Positions 23,330-36,698 of a stretch of DNA of 64,000 nt are shown one piece after another. The stretch covers positions 22,816,001 through 22,880,000 of the forward strand of contig NC_088810.1 of assembly GCF_011386835.1 (NCBI RefSeq), read 5' to 3'. Source of the stretch: Chrysemys picta bellii (Eukaryota). The notes below the pieces were generated by a model, which saw nothing but the letters and a program-made list of their open reading frames with translations, did not search any database and was not told where the DNA came from. The stretch's first letter is position 1, and every line of letters starts with the position of its first letter. The position numbers and the translations under genes were made by a program.

Positions 23330-24061
23330 ACCCAGAGGAATGATCCATGGAATGAGAAACAATCAGGAAATGACAAGATAGAAATTCGTCGCTGAGCTAA
23401 TGGACAATGATGCTTACAAATCCGCTTGAAATCTGTGTGGGCTGTGGTTGTTCATCACCTCTATAAAACAGGTCTATCTACATCTTCCCTTGTTACATAA
23501 TACCCAAAGCTTAAGATATAATTGTTTTGCAGGTTAATCTTATCCTCCTCTTGTGCTTTGTGCTATCTGTCCTGTGCTGAAGTTGGTCAGAGTCTGAATT
23601 ATTTGATTTCCTCTAGAAACTCATTCCTCCACCATCCTCCCCCATGACTAAGCAGGCTTTATATCTGTCTCTTTCTTCCCTTTGTCGGGTGCATTGTCCC
23701 AGAAAAACACCACTGTCTTGTTAGGTCATAGGATTAAAATCTTGGAACTGCATCACTATCTAAAACTTTATACAACTCTGCACTCTTTCCTTCACCTACT
23801 GCCACTTTTTGCCGAAACTCAGGAGGAAGCTTCCATTGGGTCGCCCTTAGGTGTCCTGTTCTGCTCACCACCTGAGTCCCTGACCTTTCACCACAGTTCA
23901 CTTGAGTGGACGCCTCTTCAGACCGGAGCATCTAATTTCATTAGGTTGGGTTAAGTCAGCCCTGGGCACAAAGATGAACACAAAATAAATGTACCACTTC
24001 GATCCTGCTTCAATTCCATTTTCAAGGCTGAGAATAGCCTGAATTTGTGCATAGGTCATGA

Positions 24062-24170
24062 AGATAAGAACACGAGAACGTAAGAATGGCCTGCAGTGGT
24101 CCATCTAGCCCAGTATCCTGCTGGTGCCAGATGCTTCAGAGGGACTGAACACGGTGTAATGTGCATGTTA
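24062..24170 (-). mobile_element. CR1 3'-end remnant
   Basis: taagaac... repeats followed by ggtccatctagcccagtatcctg, the reverse complement of a CR1 3' terminus. Confidence 0.6.
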
Positions 24171-24294
24171 TCCTATGTGGGGCTGGGAAAGGTTTCCTTA
24201 GTTTGTTTATAAGAATCTCCTGTGGGACAAGTCTTTAATATCAAGATATACTTGGGACTCTACAATAATTACTTACCACCTAATTTCTTATAAT

Positions 24295-25663
24295 TGTAAC
24301 CCTTCTGCCAGGTGAAGTCAGCAGCAACAAGGGCTGGGCTAATTATCTAGGGTTTCCCCTTAACAATACAAAGCAGAATTTACTTGAGGCCCATCCAGTA
24401 ATCTGGGAAAACTAAACACCACCCCATTTTCCCCCTCTTGCGAGCACTGAATCTGTGAATAATAAAAGAGTTTTAATTAAGAGGAAAAGGGAACCAAGCA
24501 TTAGTTTAGGAAAACAGCACAACCACATTCAAAAGCATGTGACCATAATCAATCCTGACCCCATGGTGCATTGGGCTGTGTGCTTTGCCTCCGTTTCCAA
24601 AGTTCGACAAATGAATGTCCCTTTAATACATCATTCCCTTCTCCCTCTGCTGCAACCCACTCACCGTCGGCTGTCCTGGGTAAGCAAAGGTGCATTCACA
24701 GGGGTCCACCTCCCACCCGTGGGGTGTGTGAGGGGGTTGTCTAGCTCTAGTCCTCACCAACCAGAAACAAGGACTCTTAACTGAGTCTAATCAATTCAGT
24801 CATTAAACACTGGAAGGAGAAGGTCAAAGGGCATCTGGGGCTCTTTGGGCAGCAACCACACCGGCAGGGTAGTTCTCCTGTCACCCCCGCTCCCTCCATC
24901 TTCCTTGGTAATTGGCATCCCTACCCCCTGCTTAGCACGGTTCAGTTAAGATGACCCCCTCCATCAGGGCATGAGAAGCACAGTTTAGTTGCCATTCACT
25001 CATACAATCAGGATAACAACACTTCATTACCCCTGCATTCAAGAATAGTAATTTGTAACCCAAAATCAGCCAAAACTAATAATTTTGGAAGAGCATCTCC
25101 ATCTGCTGTGCCCCTAGGCAGAGTGGGCGTGTCTATGCAAACACCAGGGCCGTCCCTTGCCATTTTGGTGCCCTACGCAGGCCTCTGTGGGGGGGCAGAG
25201 GGGCAACCGCTCCTCAGCCCCAGCCCACTCTGCTCTGCTCCCCTGGCTCCCAGCCTTGGGGGGCAGGGGGGAACCACCCCCCAGGACTCACCGGCGGCAT
25301 GGCTCGGAGCTGGCAGAACAGAGCAGGCTGGGGCCGGGTCGCTCTACTTACCACGAGGTGAGTGCAGGCCCGACACCTGCAGCAGTCTTCAGAGAAGTGG
25401 GGACAGGGCTGGGGCGGGAAGGGGGCGGAGCAGGGGCTTTGGGGAAGAGGTGGAGTGGGGACGGGGCTGGGGCAGAGCAGGGGCGGGGGCCATGGGGAAG
25501 AGGTGGAGCAGGGGCTGGAGCAGCACACAGCTGCGCAGGGCACCAGGAAATGTGGTGCTCGAAATTTACTGGTGCCCTACGCAGCTGTGTACTTTGCGTA
25601 TGGGTAGGGATGGCCCTGGCAAACACACTCTGCTCCTGAAGTCTTTTCCCCAAGTTCATCACA
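24295..25663. mobile_element. Probable solo LTR (tgtaac...catcaca) carrying a nested hAT MITE
   Basis: TG...CA termini; sequence recalled as a turtle LTR family. TSD not clear. Confidence 0.6.
25145..25618. mobile_element. hAT-type MITE, 474 bp
   Basis: TIRs cagggccgtccct / agggatggccctg; perfect 8-bp TSD gcaaacac (25137-25144 and 25619-25626). Confidence 0.9.
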
Positions 25664-27769
25664 AGATATCAGGGGAGAGCTCAGGGGAGAGCTCAAGATA
25701 TCAGGGGAGAGCTTGGTCAAATCATTCAGAACCTGCTTGCATGACCTTTAAGGAGGAGTGAATGCTACTCTTAGAAAAAATCTGAAAGGTTTTTAGTTGA
25801 ATAATGAATTTTCTCCAACTGACACCTCATTAATACACTAGAAACACTAGGATTGTTTCATGCCCACAAAAAACTCTAAGGTTCTGTTCCTGTGAAACAT
25901 ACGCACATGCTTCAGTTTTATGTGAATTGTCCGTTTCAACTTAATAAGACTTCTCCCATGGTTCAAGTTAAGCACCTGTGTAAGCCCTTGAAGGCTTGTG
26001 ATGCAAGTTGATATAAATAAAAGAAAATTCCTCTCCTCTTTCCTTTTTCTGACGGGACTCACAGTGACATACAGAGATTAGAATCTAGCTAGGGAGAAAC
26101 CATCTACACGAGTACAAAATGAGTGTGGAATGCTTCTAGATAATACACTTTAAACCCACTTTGAATTCACTTTACACTCCTGGAAAAGATTGTGGGAGGA
26201 ACAGAAGATGAGAATTTGTCACACCATTTCAGTTTCAAATTGAAACCTTGGGCTCCTATTCCCTATGGGAAATAAATTAACATAATCCCCTTCTCATGAT
26301 TAGTCTTGAGGTGTTCGTAAACTGGACTTCAGCAATTCGTATTCTTTCATCCGATGGTCCAATGATGATCAAGGCGATCAAGGTCCAAGGCGATCAAAGA
26401 TTGATTTATTGGGGAATTAACAAACACACTCAAATGAGTCTGTTCACTCACATACACCAATAACACAATAACAAAGACGACTGCAGTAAGCAGGACTCTC
26501 ATGCCTGATAATATATGAATGCATTGTGTATTAATTCAGTAATAGAGTCTAATGTGATTTTTAAGTCTTTTCTCCATTGACCACTTTTTAAAGTGAATTG
26601 GAACTGCCATGACTCAAGATAACAAAAGCTACAAATTCTGCAGTGTTGAATCCATGCTGCTATTTTACATTTGCTTTAAGGGAGGCTCTGATCTGATACC
26701 ATTTTTACACCCACATTGCACTAGTGTAAAGGACAACACTAGGTGCAAGGCAGTGGAGTACAAGGCCCTTTGGTTTCGTTTGACAATGCATCATGTGAGC
26801 ATTTGGATTCAGAGGTCCATCTGAAAAGTCAGCAGAACAAGACTTTTGCCCTGTTTTTCCCTCAGAGGTCTCAGTTGACAGCACTATACAATGTGGCCTT
26901 ATAGCCGGGCATTATCTCTGCTTCTGTTGAAACTCCCTCAACCTGCAGCCGCCTGCCACTAATTCCATCAGATTTCAGTCTCAGAAATAGGGTCATCCCT
27001 CAAGCTAGTGAAGAACACACCCTGGGCTAAATTCTGACCTTAAATTGGTGTGATTTTGGAGTAACTCAGTAGAGCTCAGAGAAGCTATGTTGGACTTTCA
27101 CAAGGGCAAATGAGAATAGAATGGATGGGTGCGGTAATTACCTGGCTCCTCCCAATGAATTACAGCTGTCATGGAGTTGGGTTATGGCATGAGCCTCTCT
27201 TTGGGCTCTAAGGAACTCTCTCATTGGCTGCGAGGTTCCTGCACACCTCTCTGTCCCCTTTCGCTCACCTGGGGGTGGAGCCAAACGCTGCTCAGTCTCT
27301 CCCACTGCTGCTGAAAAGGTGGAATGTGTGGAAACCCACACACGATTTGGCTTGACGTGAAAATGGGCTTAATGCATTTGTGTGCTGATCGATAACATTT
27401 AGGACAAGCAGTCAGTTTTACCCTTGGGAGATTGTATTGGGAGATATACCTGCTGACTCTACATTGTTGTGATCTTAACATAACCTTTGTGGTTCCTTTG
27501 ATTTCCACACATTTCAGTATATTATGTCACAATTTGGGAGCATATGTCATTTTTGAAGGGGTGTACATTTATTCAGTGTTTGAGAAGAGATGGAGAGTAC
27601 TGGGGGATACATAAATGTAGCTAGATTGAAAGACTCACTGCAGAGAATATCCCTGTTTCCGGATCCTTCATCCCTGCAGCTCCTAATCTTTCCTTTTACA
27701 ACTTTATACGCTAAGAAGAACACCGCCTATCCATTTCATAGCAACTCATGGTTTTGCTGCTTCATGAGA

Positions 27770-27905
27770 TCAGTAATTCTCACAACACCCATATGAAACA
27801 GGTAGTTATTATCTTCTTATTTAATAAAGGATGACTGATGCCCAGAGCCCAACTGAATTGCCCAAGGCTACTTCAACGGAAAGACTGGGACTAGAACTCA
27901 GGCAC
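27770..27905. mobile_element. Ancient CORE-SINE/MIR-like fragment
   Basis: aggtagttattatc...ttgcccaagg...ggactagaactcagg. Similar fragments occur in the introns at about 9560-9660, 17340-17440 and 22440-22530. Confidence 0.5.
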
Positions 27906-28874
27906 ACCTAATTATTAATAATATGATTAGCTATCATTTGAACTTTTGTATCTCCAGGATGCAACCAGTGAGATCTGGGCCCCATCATCTTGCTCGTGAT
28001 ACAAGCACAGAGTCTGAGACAATCTGCATCTTGAAGAGTTAACAAACTAACTACGTAAGATAGTGGAAAGGTGGGAGGAAGGATTATGAGGAGGTGATGA
28101 AGAGGGAGATGAAAGCGAGGTTTTCAATGCAGTTAAGCATATTGAGTGCTGAGCTCTTCTGAAAATCTCACTGCAACTGATTTGCCCAACATCCCGCGTT
28201 GAGCAGCGGAGGCAGTATAGTGGAACTCATATTTTCTGTGTCCACAAGCTCATTCATCCTCTCTAAGGTCCCCATCAGTTATTCAGTTCTGTATGCTTAA
28301 TTGTGGTTTTTTTAATTCTCTCTTGAGCTCTAAGTCCTGCAGTTCCCTAGATTTATGCTGGTAAAACCCACAGAAGAACGAAATCCAATGACAACAGCTT
28401 AGTTAAATCTCTGACTGTAAACAAAAAGAACGTGTCAGATTTAGAATATTTCTGTCATGGACATATAGTACTTTGAAATGAACATGGAAAATTATAACAA
28501 GGAATAGGGTGGAGACAATGTTAATCATGCCCGTTCCTCTGGAAAGATTTAATCTCTGAATGCAAAACAGCTTTGCACAGCATCATACTGCAGTATTTTA
28601 GTTGATAAAGCTTATGAGTCAATAATTAGATGCTAATGAATAAACACAAAATATTCTTTTATGAAAAGACAGCCCCCAGATGGTGTCGAGTGTCATAGCT
28701 GACTTTCCTTGAATGCAGCTATACTAGTTTATACCAGCTGAGTGTCTGGTAATTAAAAATTTCATATTTCACATATAAATTAAGAAATTTCCAGACTTGA
28801 TTCAACCATTTGTCCATGTCCTTAGGTATTCTCCTAGGATAAGGAAACAGATACTTCAGAGCAAGTTTGAAGAA

Positions 28875-31700
28875 CCACAAAGGCGTCCAATATAGAAGAA
28901 AATGCCATATTTTCTTCTTCAAAATCTCTTTGCTACACCCATACAGTAGAGAACAGCTCTATCTATCAATCTTTCGATCTAATTACACTTGAATAGTTAT
29001 GTATGAAAGCCAGTTGCCATAGTTAGATGGAAATAGAAGGGTGAGATCATCAGCTGGTATAAATATGTTGACTCACATGAGTAGGCTGAAGAGGTGGGTA
29101 CAGATTACATATATTAAAAAGGTGCCCAAGTAATGCTGTGTAATATTAAAGTATATTTAGCCCAAGAGTTTTTAATCTTGTCTAAGGAATATGAATGCTC
29201 CATTTTCATATAAAATTAACCAGAATTAGGGCTCTCCACACACTATGTGCCTTTGAAATTAGCTGCCATATATTTCTGAAGCCAAAATCTACCAGTGCCT
29301 TCCCGCTGCTAAGTACAAGGACACTTTTCTGGGGGGAGGGAGAGGAACACAAAGTTAAAATGTAAAGAATTTTTCTACAATATTTAGTCAAAAGCTAAAC
29401 TATCAGTGAAGAAAAATCACAATAATGATAAAGCAATTGAATTGAATCTGATTTATTTGGTTCACCAAAGGCAATACGTTAAGAGACGTGGCTAGAAGAC
29501 CTTTGAGTTGGGAAGACATTCGTATGTTGTGTTAGCCCACCATGAGGATGTGGCACACCTTTGGTGCAAAAAGTCCTTGTCAATTATGAAACAAACTATT
29601 TTTCACAGGACACCCCCCACCCCATTTCTGGCAATTGCTATGATCTCGTTTCAGGACTATTAGTTAATTCTCAGCCTCCGAGTATCTGACATGCACATTG
29701 CATCATCCTGGTTGCTTTCATTAAATCATTATGCACCATATTCAAGCTCAGTATCATTCCACTTACTTCTCCGGTGTCAAAAAGGAAATAAATCCAGCTC
29801 ATTTTGTTTAGTTCTGTTGTTAATAACTACACAAAATGAGGGGGTGCTCAGAGCTGGATCACTACTGCAAGCTGCTGTCTTGCACAGGATTCCAAGTTAG
29901 TTCATTAATTCCAGACTAGAATCTAATTTGGAATTTATTCTGGGATCTCATTAGGGAGGTGGGAAGACTTTCTTCTGCATGCTTCAGATGCCCACCTACC
30001 ACTATTAGTAGAGGACCTGACACCATGCCCACTGAAATCCAAGAGCATCTTTCCAATGAGTTGAGTTGCCTTCGAATATGGCCCTGTGAGTGCCAAACCT
30101 CTCCTTGAGAAAGGGCCAGTGGAAGGACGATGCACCATTTAGATCTCTCTTAAACATTCACTGAAGTGGAGCATAGGTCTCTGGGCTGGCCTGCTGCTCT
30201 GAGGATAATTTCATTCTCCCATACTTAGAAACTCAGCTGTGAAGGCTCCTTGGGTCATGAGAGTCTTGTATCCATGCCAATGACTTTGTTCCTCTTTAAA
30301 CCAGTTGAAAATTTGGCCTTATATTTCAAGTAATATGTTCCCAGGCATTCCAGCTCTAGCCCTGATGTGACTTCCACCCTTCTTAGTAGGAAAAGCAACC
30401 TCAATTTTTTAGACATGGCTATTCCTTTCTTTAGCAGGCTGCTCTGGCTCTAGGTGAAAGCTCCCATGTCCTTGAGTGTAAAATGTGAGGAAATCAATGC
30501 CAAGAATTTCAAAAGTGACTGGTGATTCCTGGTGCCCACTTGAGACGTCTTCAAGAGCACTGGTTTCCAGAGAGCAGGAACTGAGCACTTTTGAAAACTG
30601 AGGTTCTATAAGGTATCTGAAGTTGGGCACCAACATCACTAGTCACCTTTGAAAATCTTGTCCTTGTGTTTAGCCACAGACGCCTTGGTGATCTGTGCTT
30701 AATGTATAACCTCCCTCCTCTTTCATCTCCCCATAAGGGAAAAGGGTGATGGTGATCAAGTACACTTTCTGGAAGGTTTACAATCAATTTCCTTATCTGA
30801 GAAAATTGCATCGTCCCCACAAACTCAGCATCTAAACATTTCCTAGGTGAACTTTTCTGAAAGAGGTGATACTGGGTACTGTTGCACAAAGGAGATAGGA
30901 ATAAAGCCATCACTGGTCAATTCCTATGTCCCAGGATATTCATAGAGAGTTCTCTAGTAAGCTTCACAGAGTCTTTTCTTCTTTCTACCCCCCTGGTTAC
31001 AGAAAGTGCTGCTTAGAGTGTAGACAGCAGTTATAAAAAACATTCTGACAATGGTAGGGTAGTTTTCTAAAAGAGAAGGACCTTGAACTGACTGAAAAGA
31101 CATCCATGGATTTCAAAACCATATTGGCTCAAACATAGTGACGAGTTACAGGTGGGGATTCAAAGCATGCGAAATACATTCTCCCATTCTCCAAGGGGTT
31201 GCAGTGGTAAACTCCACCTGGCTGCTAACTAGATACTAGCCTGCCTATATAAAGAACTAATACAGAATCCTGTATGTGACAGTAGATTGTACCATTGATA
31301 AAACTCTGAGTTGCCCTCACACTCTAAAGTTAATCAAAGCAGAATTAAAGAAACTGAACGAGATTTAGTCCCCGATTAACACCCAGGAAGTCAGGAGGAT
31401 GATACCAGAAAAGCAGCTGGCCCATAAAGATACACAAATAAAGGAAACCGCAGGTTGTAGCATGCAGGTCATCCTGTGTGGGACTGGGAATGGACTATTT
31501 ATCATTAACCACGATCAAAACCATTATAATAATTAAAGGAGTTACCCAGGCAAGAAAACATTTTGTTTGGTTAATGATAAGGTCTCAGTGCACGAAGCAT
31601 GTTTCTTGTGCTTCCCATTGGCTAAGAAAGCATATAAAAGTGCTTGGACCTTCAGGTTATTCTATCCACGCCTCTTGACTTCATCCCCTTGCTGCACTGG
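28875..31700 (+). repeat. Older direct duplicate of about 40555-44620 (upstream flanks of g5 and g7)
   Basis: Shared blocks such as aatatagaagaaaatgccatattttcttcttc (28890 and 40565) and catagagagttctctagtaagcttcacagagtc (30940 and 43203). Confidence 0.85.
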
Positions 31701-31706
31701 GTAAGT
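31575..31706 (+). promoter_or_regulatory. g5 core promoter, exon 1 and donor
   Basis: TGATAAG 31575, ATTGG 31617, TATAAAA 31633, GTAAGT 31701. Confidence 0.85.
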
Positions 31707-33638
31707 CTATTTGACTCACATTATTCCTGTTGTTGCTTTAGTGATAGTTATGGACCTAATCCTGCACCAATACTCTGTGTTGTTAGAGCTGTTGGAGTCT
31801 TGCTTTCCATAAGAGATTATCTGGAGCTCGTCAGTTCCAGACTTTGGAGGATGCTGTCTTAAAAATGGCAGGTTGGGATGTTCAAATCTAGATATGGAAT
31901 GCAGACCCCCCCCCCCTTCCAAAAAGTTACAGTTGTATTTTAGACATGGAAATGACTTAGAGAATTATGACAAATCTCAGGCACAGTCTACTTTGATAAT
32001 ATTGTGTGCTACGCTTACTCTTTATACACATTGCCAGATCCTCAGTTGACTTCATTGGAGTCACAAAGGTTTACCTGGACTGTTGTTTTCGTAAAACGAT
32101 GGTGATCAGATTTCATATCTAAACATTGAACAGCAGCTCGACTGTTCTTTTCAGTTGAGTCGATAGAGCTGTAGCTGTAGTTGAAACGAAGTTTGAAGAG
32201 ATAGATATGTGTTCTCCTCCAGAGCAAAGTTAGCCTCTGCTTTAGCTGTGTTAGTAACTTGTTATAGGCAGTTGACTCCATGATGGACAACTTCAGGCTT
32301 CTTATACATCAATCTGAAACATGTGATGCTGCACACTGTTAGAGACAGGATACTGGACAAGATGGGCCACTGATCGGACCCAATACAGCAATACTTAATG
32401 ACTGATTGGCATAATTTGTAATTTTAGATCCAGATATTTAGCTGGTGTGATTAAAAGTAGCACATTTGAAATACAGGTAAGTATGATGATTTAGACCAAT
32501 TGAGTGATTTACTGCCTATGCTGACCTGGTTTAAAAAAGTCATTATTAACTGTTGCTCTCCACTACGCTGTGCCATTATTATCTAAAATAGTTTGAAAAT
32601 TGAAGGTGTCCATGAGGGAAATATTCTCTATTGTCGGTTTAGTAATTTGACTTAATGTTTATTTAATCTTCCCTCCTGAGCTGTTGGGAATGGAAGGTCT
32701 TGTGAACAAGGCACGGGTAGGGCCGCAGAAAATCTGCTTTAGTTCCTCTTCATTGCTACAGATTTCCTTTGGGAAATCTGATGGGACCTGATTCCCAGAA
32801 GGGCTCAGTACTCAGTTATCATAGCTATATTGGAAACAGAGCCTTTAATCTCCTGAAACCAAATCCACAGAGAGGCTTAGGCATCTAAATTCCAATTTAG
32901 TCAGCAAAATCCAAGAATTAGGTGACAAAACCACTCACCCTGTATGCACCTACATTCCCAAGGCACCTGCATTTGGGCTGCTTGGAATATGCACTCTACT
33001 AATAGGGCACTCTACTGGAATGTGGGAGACCTGTTTTCAAACCCCCACTCTGCCTTATTTATAGCAGGGCCTACAACTGGGATAATAATCACAGGGAAAA
33101 TAACCACTCCTTTCATGGGGGTCGCGCAGCTTAACGGCTGCATGAAACAGTGAAAAGATAATTCCTAGGAAAGCTTTTGAATGGAGTCAGAATATTTAGA
33201 AAGAAGGGTTAGGGGATGGATGGGAGTGGCCTCCCGAAACAGAGATCAGGAGAACTAGACAGATGAAACCATGGGATGGGATTGGTGCAAGCTCCAAGCA
33301 GCGCTGATCTCAAGGAGAAGTGGACAATCAAGGCTTAGCAGATGGAGAACATTTCTTGCATGGGACCTAAAGAAATAGGGAAGTTGCTGGGCATGGGAAG
33401 GAGGAAGCCAGGATGTAAGAAGAGTTCCCAGGGAATGGTGAGGAAGAAGACTAAGGGTAATGGGTGAATAGGACTAGAAGGAAGAAATAGGAGCAGATAC
33501 AGAGCCAGTAAGAAATGGAATTACCTAGGATCTATTACTGCAAGATATGAGCTGTGAGTCTCCAATGCCACTGCGAATTACGTGTTATGTTCACTCTGCT
33601 CCCTACTGTGTGTTTCAGGTTTACGACAGTCACCAAAG

Positions 33639-34082
33639 ATGTCTCCCGTGAAAGATCTGTGTTGCCAACCCCGCCCATATTGTCCTGACATTTGCCCAGA
33701 TCCATGTGCTTATGTCTGCAATGAGCCTTGTGTCACATCATGTGGCGACTCGAGCGCAGTGGTCTTTGCACCCCCAGTTGTTGTTAGATTCCCGGGACCA
33801 ACTCTTGCTACTTGCCCTCAAGACAGCTTCGTGGGAACCTCCTTACCAAATTTTCCCTATACACCTTGGGGTGGTCTTGGAGGTCGTGCAGGTGCTGGTC
33901 TTGGGGGTGGTAGTTGGAGTGGATATGGTGGTGGATTTGGGGTTGGAGCAGGCGGTGGATTCGGGGGTGGATTCGGGGGTGGATTTGGGGGTGGATTCGG
34001 GGCCGGTTATGGGGGCTCATACGGGAATTGGGGGAGATACGGTAGGCGCTGCTCGTATACCTCCTATAGATGTCCATGTTAA
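33639..34082 (+). CDS. Corneous beta-protein g5, 147 aa, subfamily B
   Basis: MSPVKDLCCQPRPYCPDICPDPCAYVCNEPCVTSCGDSSAVVFAPPVVVRFPGP, GGGF repeats, ends YRCPC. Acceptor at 33617-33618; intron 31701-33618. Confidence 0.95.
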   Translation: MSPVKDLCCQPRPYCPDICPDPCAYVCNEPCVTSCGDSSAVVFAPPVVVRFPGPTLATCPQDSFVGTSLPNFPYTPWGGLGGRAGAGLGGGSWSGYGGGFGVGAGGGFGGGFGGGFGGGFGAGYGGSYGNWGRYGRRCSYTSYRCPC

Positions 34083-34545
34083 ACCCAGAAGAAAAATCCA
34101 CGGAATAAGAAACAACCAGGAAATGAAAGACAAGATAGAGATTCCCCACACAGCCAATGGAGAATGAGCATCTGCAGCGCCACTCGAAATCTGAGGGGGT
34201 TGTGGGTGTTCGTCATTTGTATAAATCAGGCTTATCTATGCTTTCCTTTTGTTACATATTACCTGAGCTCTTCGGTCTGTCTGGTTTTGAAATTTAATCT
34301 TATCCTGCTATTGTGCTTTGTCCTTTTTGATGCCGAGCCGTCTACAACAAGAGACTAAAACTGATGGAAAAAGTGACATGATTTTCAAGCTCTGCAGGTG
34401 CAAGGAAGAGAGCAGAACACGTTGTGTGAAATGCACCACTTTGGAGCTGGTGACTGGCTGGAGCTCTGATTGTAACCCTACAAATGCATTATCTGTTACT
34501 CTGCATTAATTCATTCTGTCCGTGTAAACTCTGCTGCTCAGTCCC

Positions 34546-34551
34546 ATTAAA
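34546..34551 (+). terminator. g5 poly(A) signal ATTAAA
   Basis: Homologous position. The g7 and g9 copies are at 47294 and 60033. Confidence 0.6.
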
Positions 34552-35304
34552 AATCATACTGCATCATATTATCGGCCTTCTGGTTTTCCTTTCTCCTCCC
34601 TTCTTTCTTCCAAAACACCAGTTGAAACAATTTAACCAAAACAGTTTGGCTAAAATCAAAACAACATTCAAAGTATACAATTAACTTGGAAGAAATTATT
34701 TTTCCCTCCCAGTTTCCCCTTGCTATAATTAGCATTGCCGACGCTTCCCCGTCAGAGGATAACAATACCACTAACCTGCTGCAAAACGCTTCAGAGTTCG
34801 GGACACCAGGCGGCTTCCTGCTCCCGGGCTCAACTTCTCCCGACTCACACAAGGCACAGGGGCCTTTGTTATGCAGCTACCCTGACCGCTCACCCTCATG
34901 TTGCCTGACCCCAGCAACAGGGAATCCAGTGGAGCAGACCCAAAACGACCACACCCAAAATCCAGTAGCTTCTGGATGTGGAGGGGTAAATCTGCCTTGA
35001 AACAATGACCCAGACACAACTCATTCCTACCCCTGCCCATGAGACTCTTAAAGAGATATCTCCCTATTAGGTACATGGGTTACATATGCACTAATCAATC
35101 CTACTCAAACCCATAGGAAAGAAGAAAATCGGGTACATTACTTGGTTAATAGCATTGTGCAGGGCCTCTGCACAGGGGGGGGGAATTACCCCCTTGTAAC
35201 ACGTCTCAGATAGAACGGAAATAGATAAATGACTTGCAACTAAAATAGATTTCCCTCCTCTAAATGTTAGACAAAATCTACTCCTGGGGGAATTCTGTGC
35301 TGAT

Positions 35305-35560
35305 GGCAGCAAACTGAGAAGGGTTGCAAGCACTTTGAAGGAGAAGATTTGAATTCAAAATGACCTTGACAAATCGGAGACTTGGCCAGATGAAACTCAA
35401 CAATGAAAAGTGAAAAGTCCAATAGTTAGGAAGCAAATTGTCCTTCTGTAATCAGCACTGATGAGGCCTCTGATGGCGTATTGTGTCCAATTCTGGGCCA
35501 CACACTTTATTAGGAAAGATGTGGACCGATTGGAGAAGTCCATCAAGTCCATCCACGCTT
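35305..35560 (+). mobile_element. Old CR1 RT fragment in the g5/g6 spacer (copies at about 48025 and 60765)
   Basis: ttgaattcaaaatgaccttgacaaat...tgtgtccaattctgggcc matches the CR1 RT region. Confidence 0.65.
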
Positions 35561-35584
35561 GTAATTTGAGTATTCTATGATTCT

Positions 35585-36511
35585 TGCTCCTGGGGTGAAT
35601 TCTTCACTCCTGCCCCTACAGGGGTGCAGAATTCATACCATTTGCAGATTTCTTTGCCCCACTGTGGAAAAATGGGGGAGCAAAAAAATCTGTGTGGAAC
35701 ACACGCCCCTTCTCCTGAAGTCAGATCACCGGGGGGGGGGGGTAAGTGTGTGCATCCATGGACAGATGTTGGGGTGCAGGGCTGAACACGTGCCTACCTG
35801 CGAATGAACGAGAGAGATTCACTCCATCGGTCTCACTCGCTGTTGCAACCCCTCCGGCTTGCAGGGCTATGGTTTGTGAGGCAGGTTCTGTCCCTGAGGC
35901 AGAGCAGAAATGTAACAACTAAGCAGGCAGGCTGCTAATGTTCCCATTGACAATTAATTGTTCCCTTTCTTAGTCAATTCCCCCAGAAGCCTAAAACACA
36001 TGGAACAGTTTTAAGGCCCCTTTACATTGCCAGAGTGTTGTAAAGCAGCATTATTATAAATGACTGTGAGGGAAACCTAAGTGAGGAAGATCTATGTGCT
36101 TTCTCGCTTTTTTCCTGGGCCGGGTGGCACAATGGGGTTAGACTCATTTTAAAAAATGCAAGACAATGATTAGCAAAACTGCATGAGTTTCCCCTGTGAA
36201 AGTCTGAGCAATTTAAAGAGACATTCTACTTTACTTTTCTTTTGGTGTCTGGTATTCTGTGATGTAATGTAAATGAAAATCCAGGATTATAACTGGAATG
36301 CAGCGTATTGGTTACCAAGTATTTGTAACTTAACATTCATGCATTTAGGAAATGTTGAACAATTAATTGTGATTTTTTTTCTATATGGTAGTTTAAATAA
36401 ATTACCAAAATAAGTGAAACTGGTGTGATTATACTGCATTATTTTGACAAACAAAATAAGAACAATTTTGCAGAATTTTTAATTTTTTGGCGCACAATTC
36501 CCCCAGGAGTA
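35585..36511. mobile_element. Putative non-autonomous DNA transposon (copies 48300-49249 and 61039-61988)
   Basis: Imperfect terminal inverted repeats tgctcctggggtgaattct / aattcccccaggagta. No TSD identified. Confidence 0.45.
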
Positions 36512-36698
36512 GATTTTGTATAATATTTAGAGCAGGGAAATCTATTCTAGTTGCAAGTCATCTATCTATTTCCCTTCTATCTAAGTTGTGGTACAAGGGA
36601 GTAATTCCCCCCTGTGCAGAGGCTCTGCACAATGCTATTAACCAAGTAATGTACCCGATTCTCTTCTTTCCTTTGGGTTTGAGAGGGATTGATTAGTG

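Noticed and set aside
25663-25715. Short repeats tcaggggagagc x3 (and gatcaaggc near 26380), superficially array-like
   Set aside because: Local slippage duplications without unique spacers; eukaryotic context, not CRISPR.
27100-27350. Segment with a CCAAT box and donor-like sites in the 26-28.8 kb unique region
   Set aside because: No TATA/exon-1 motif or credible CDS nearby; I cannot distinguish it from an old repeat fragment.
33808-34149. Antisense ORFs with HPRIHPQI repeats (also 38930, 46556, 51669, 59295)
   Set aside because: These are the reverse complement of GGGF codon repeats; no promoter or splice support.
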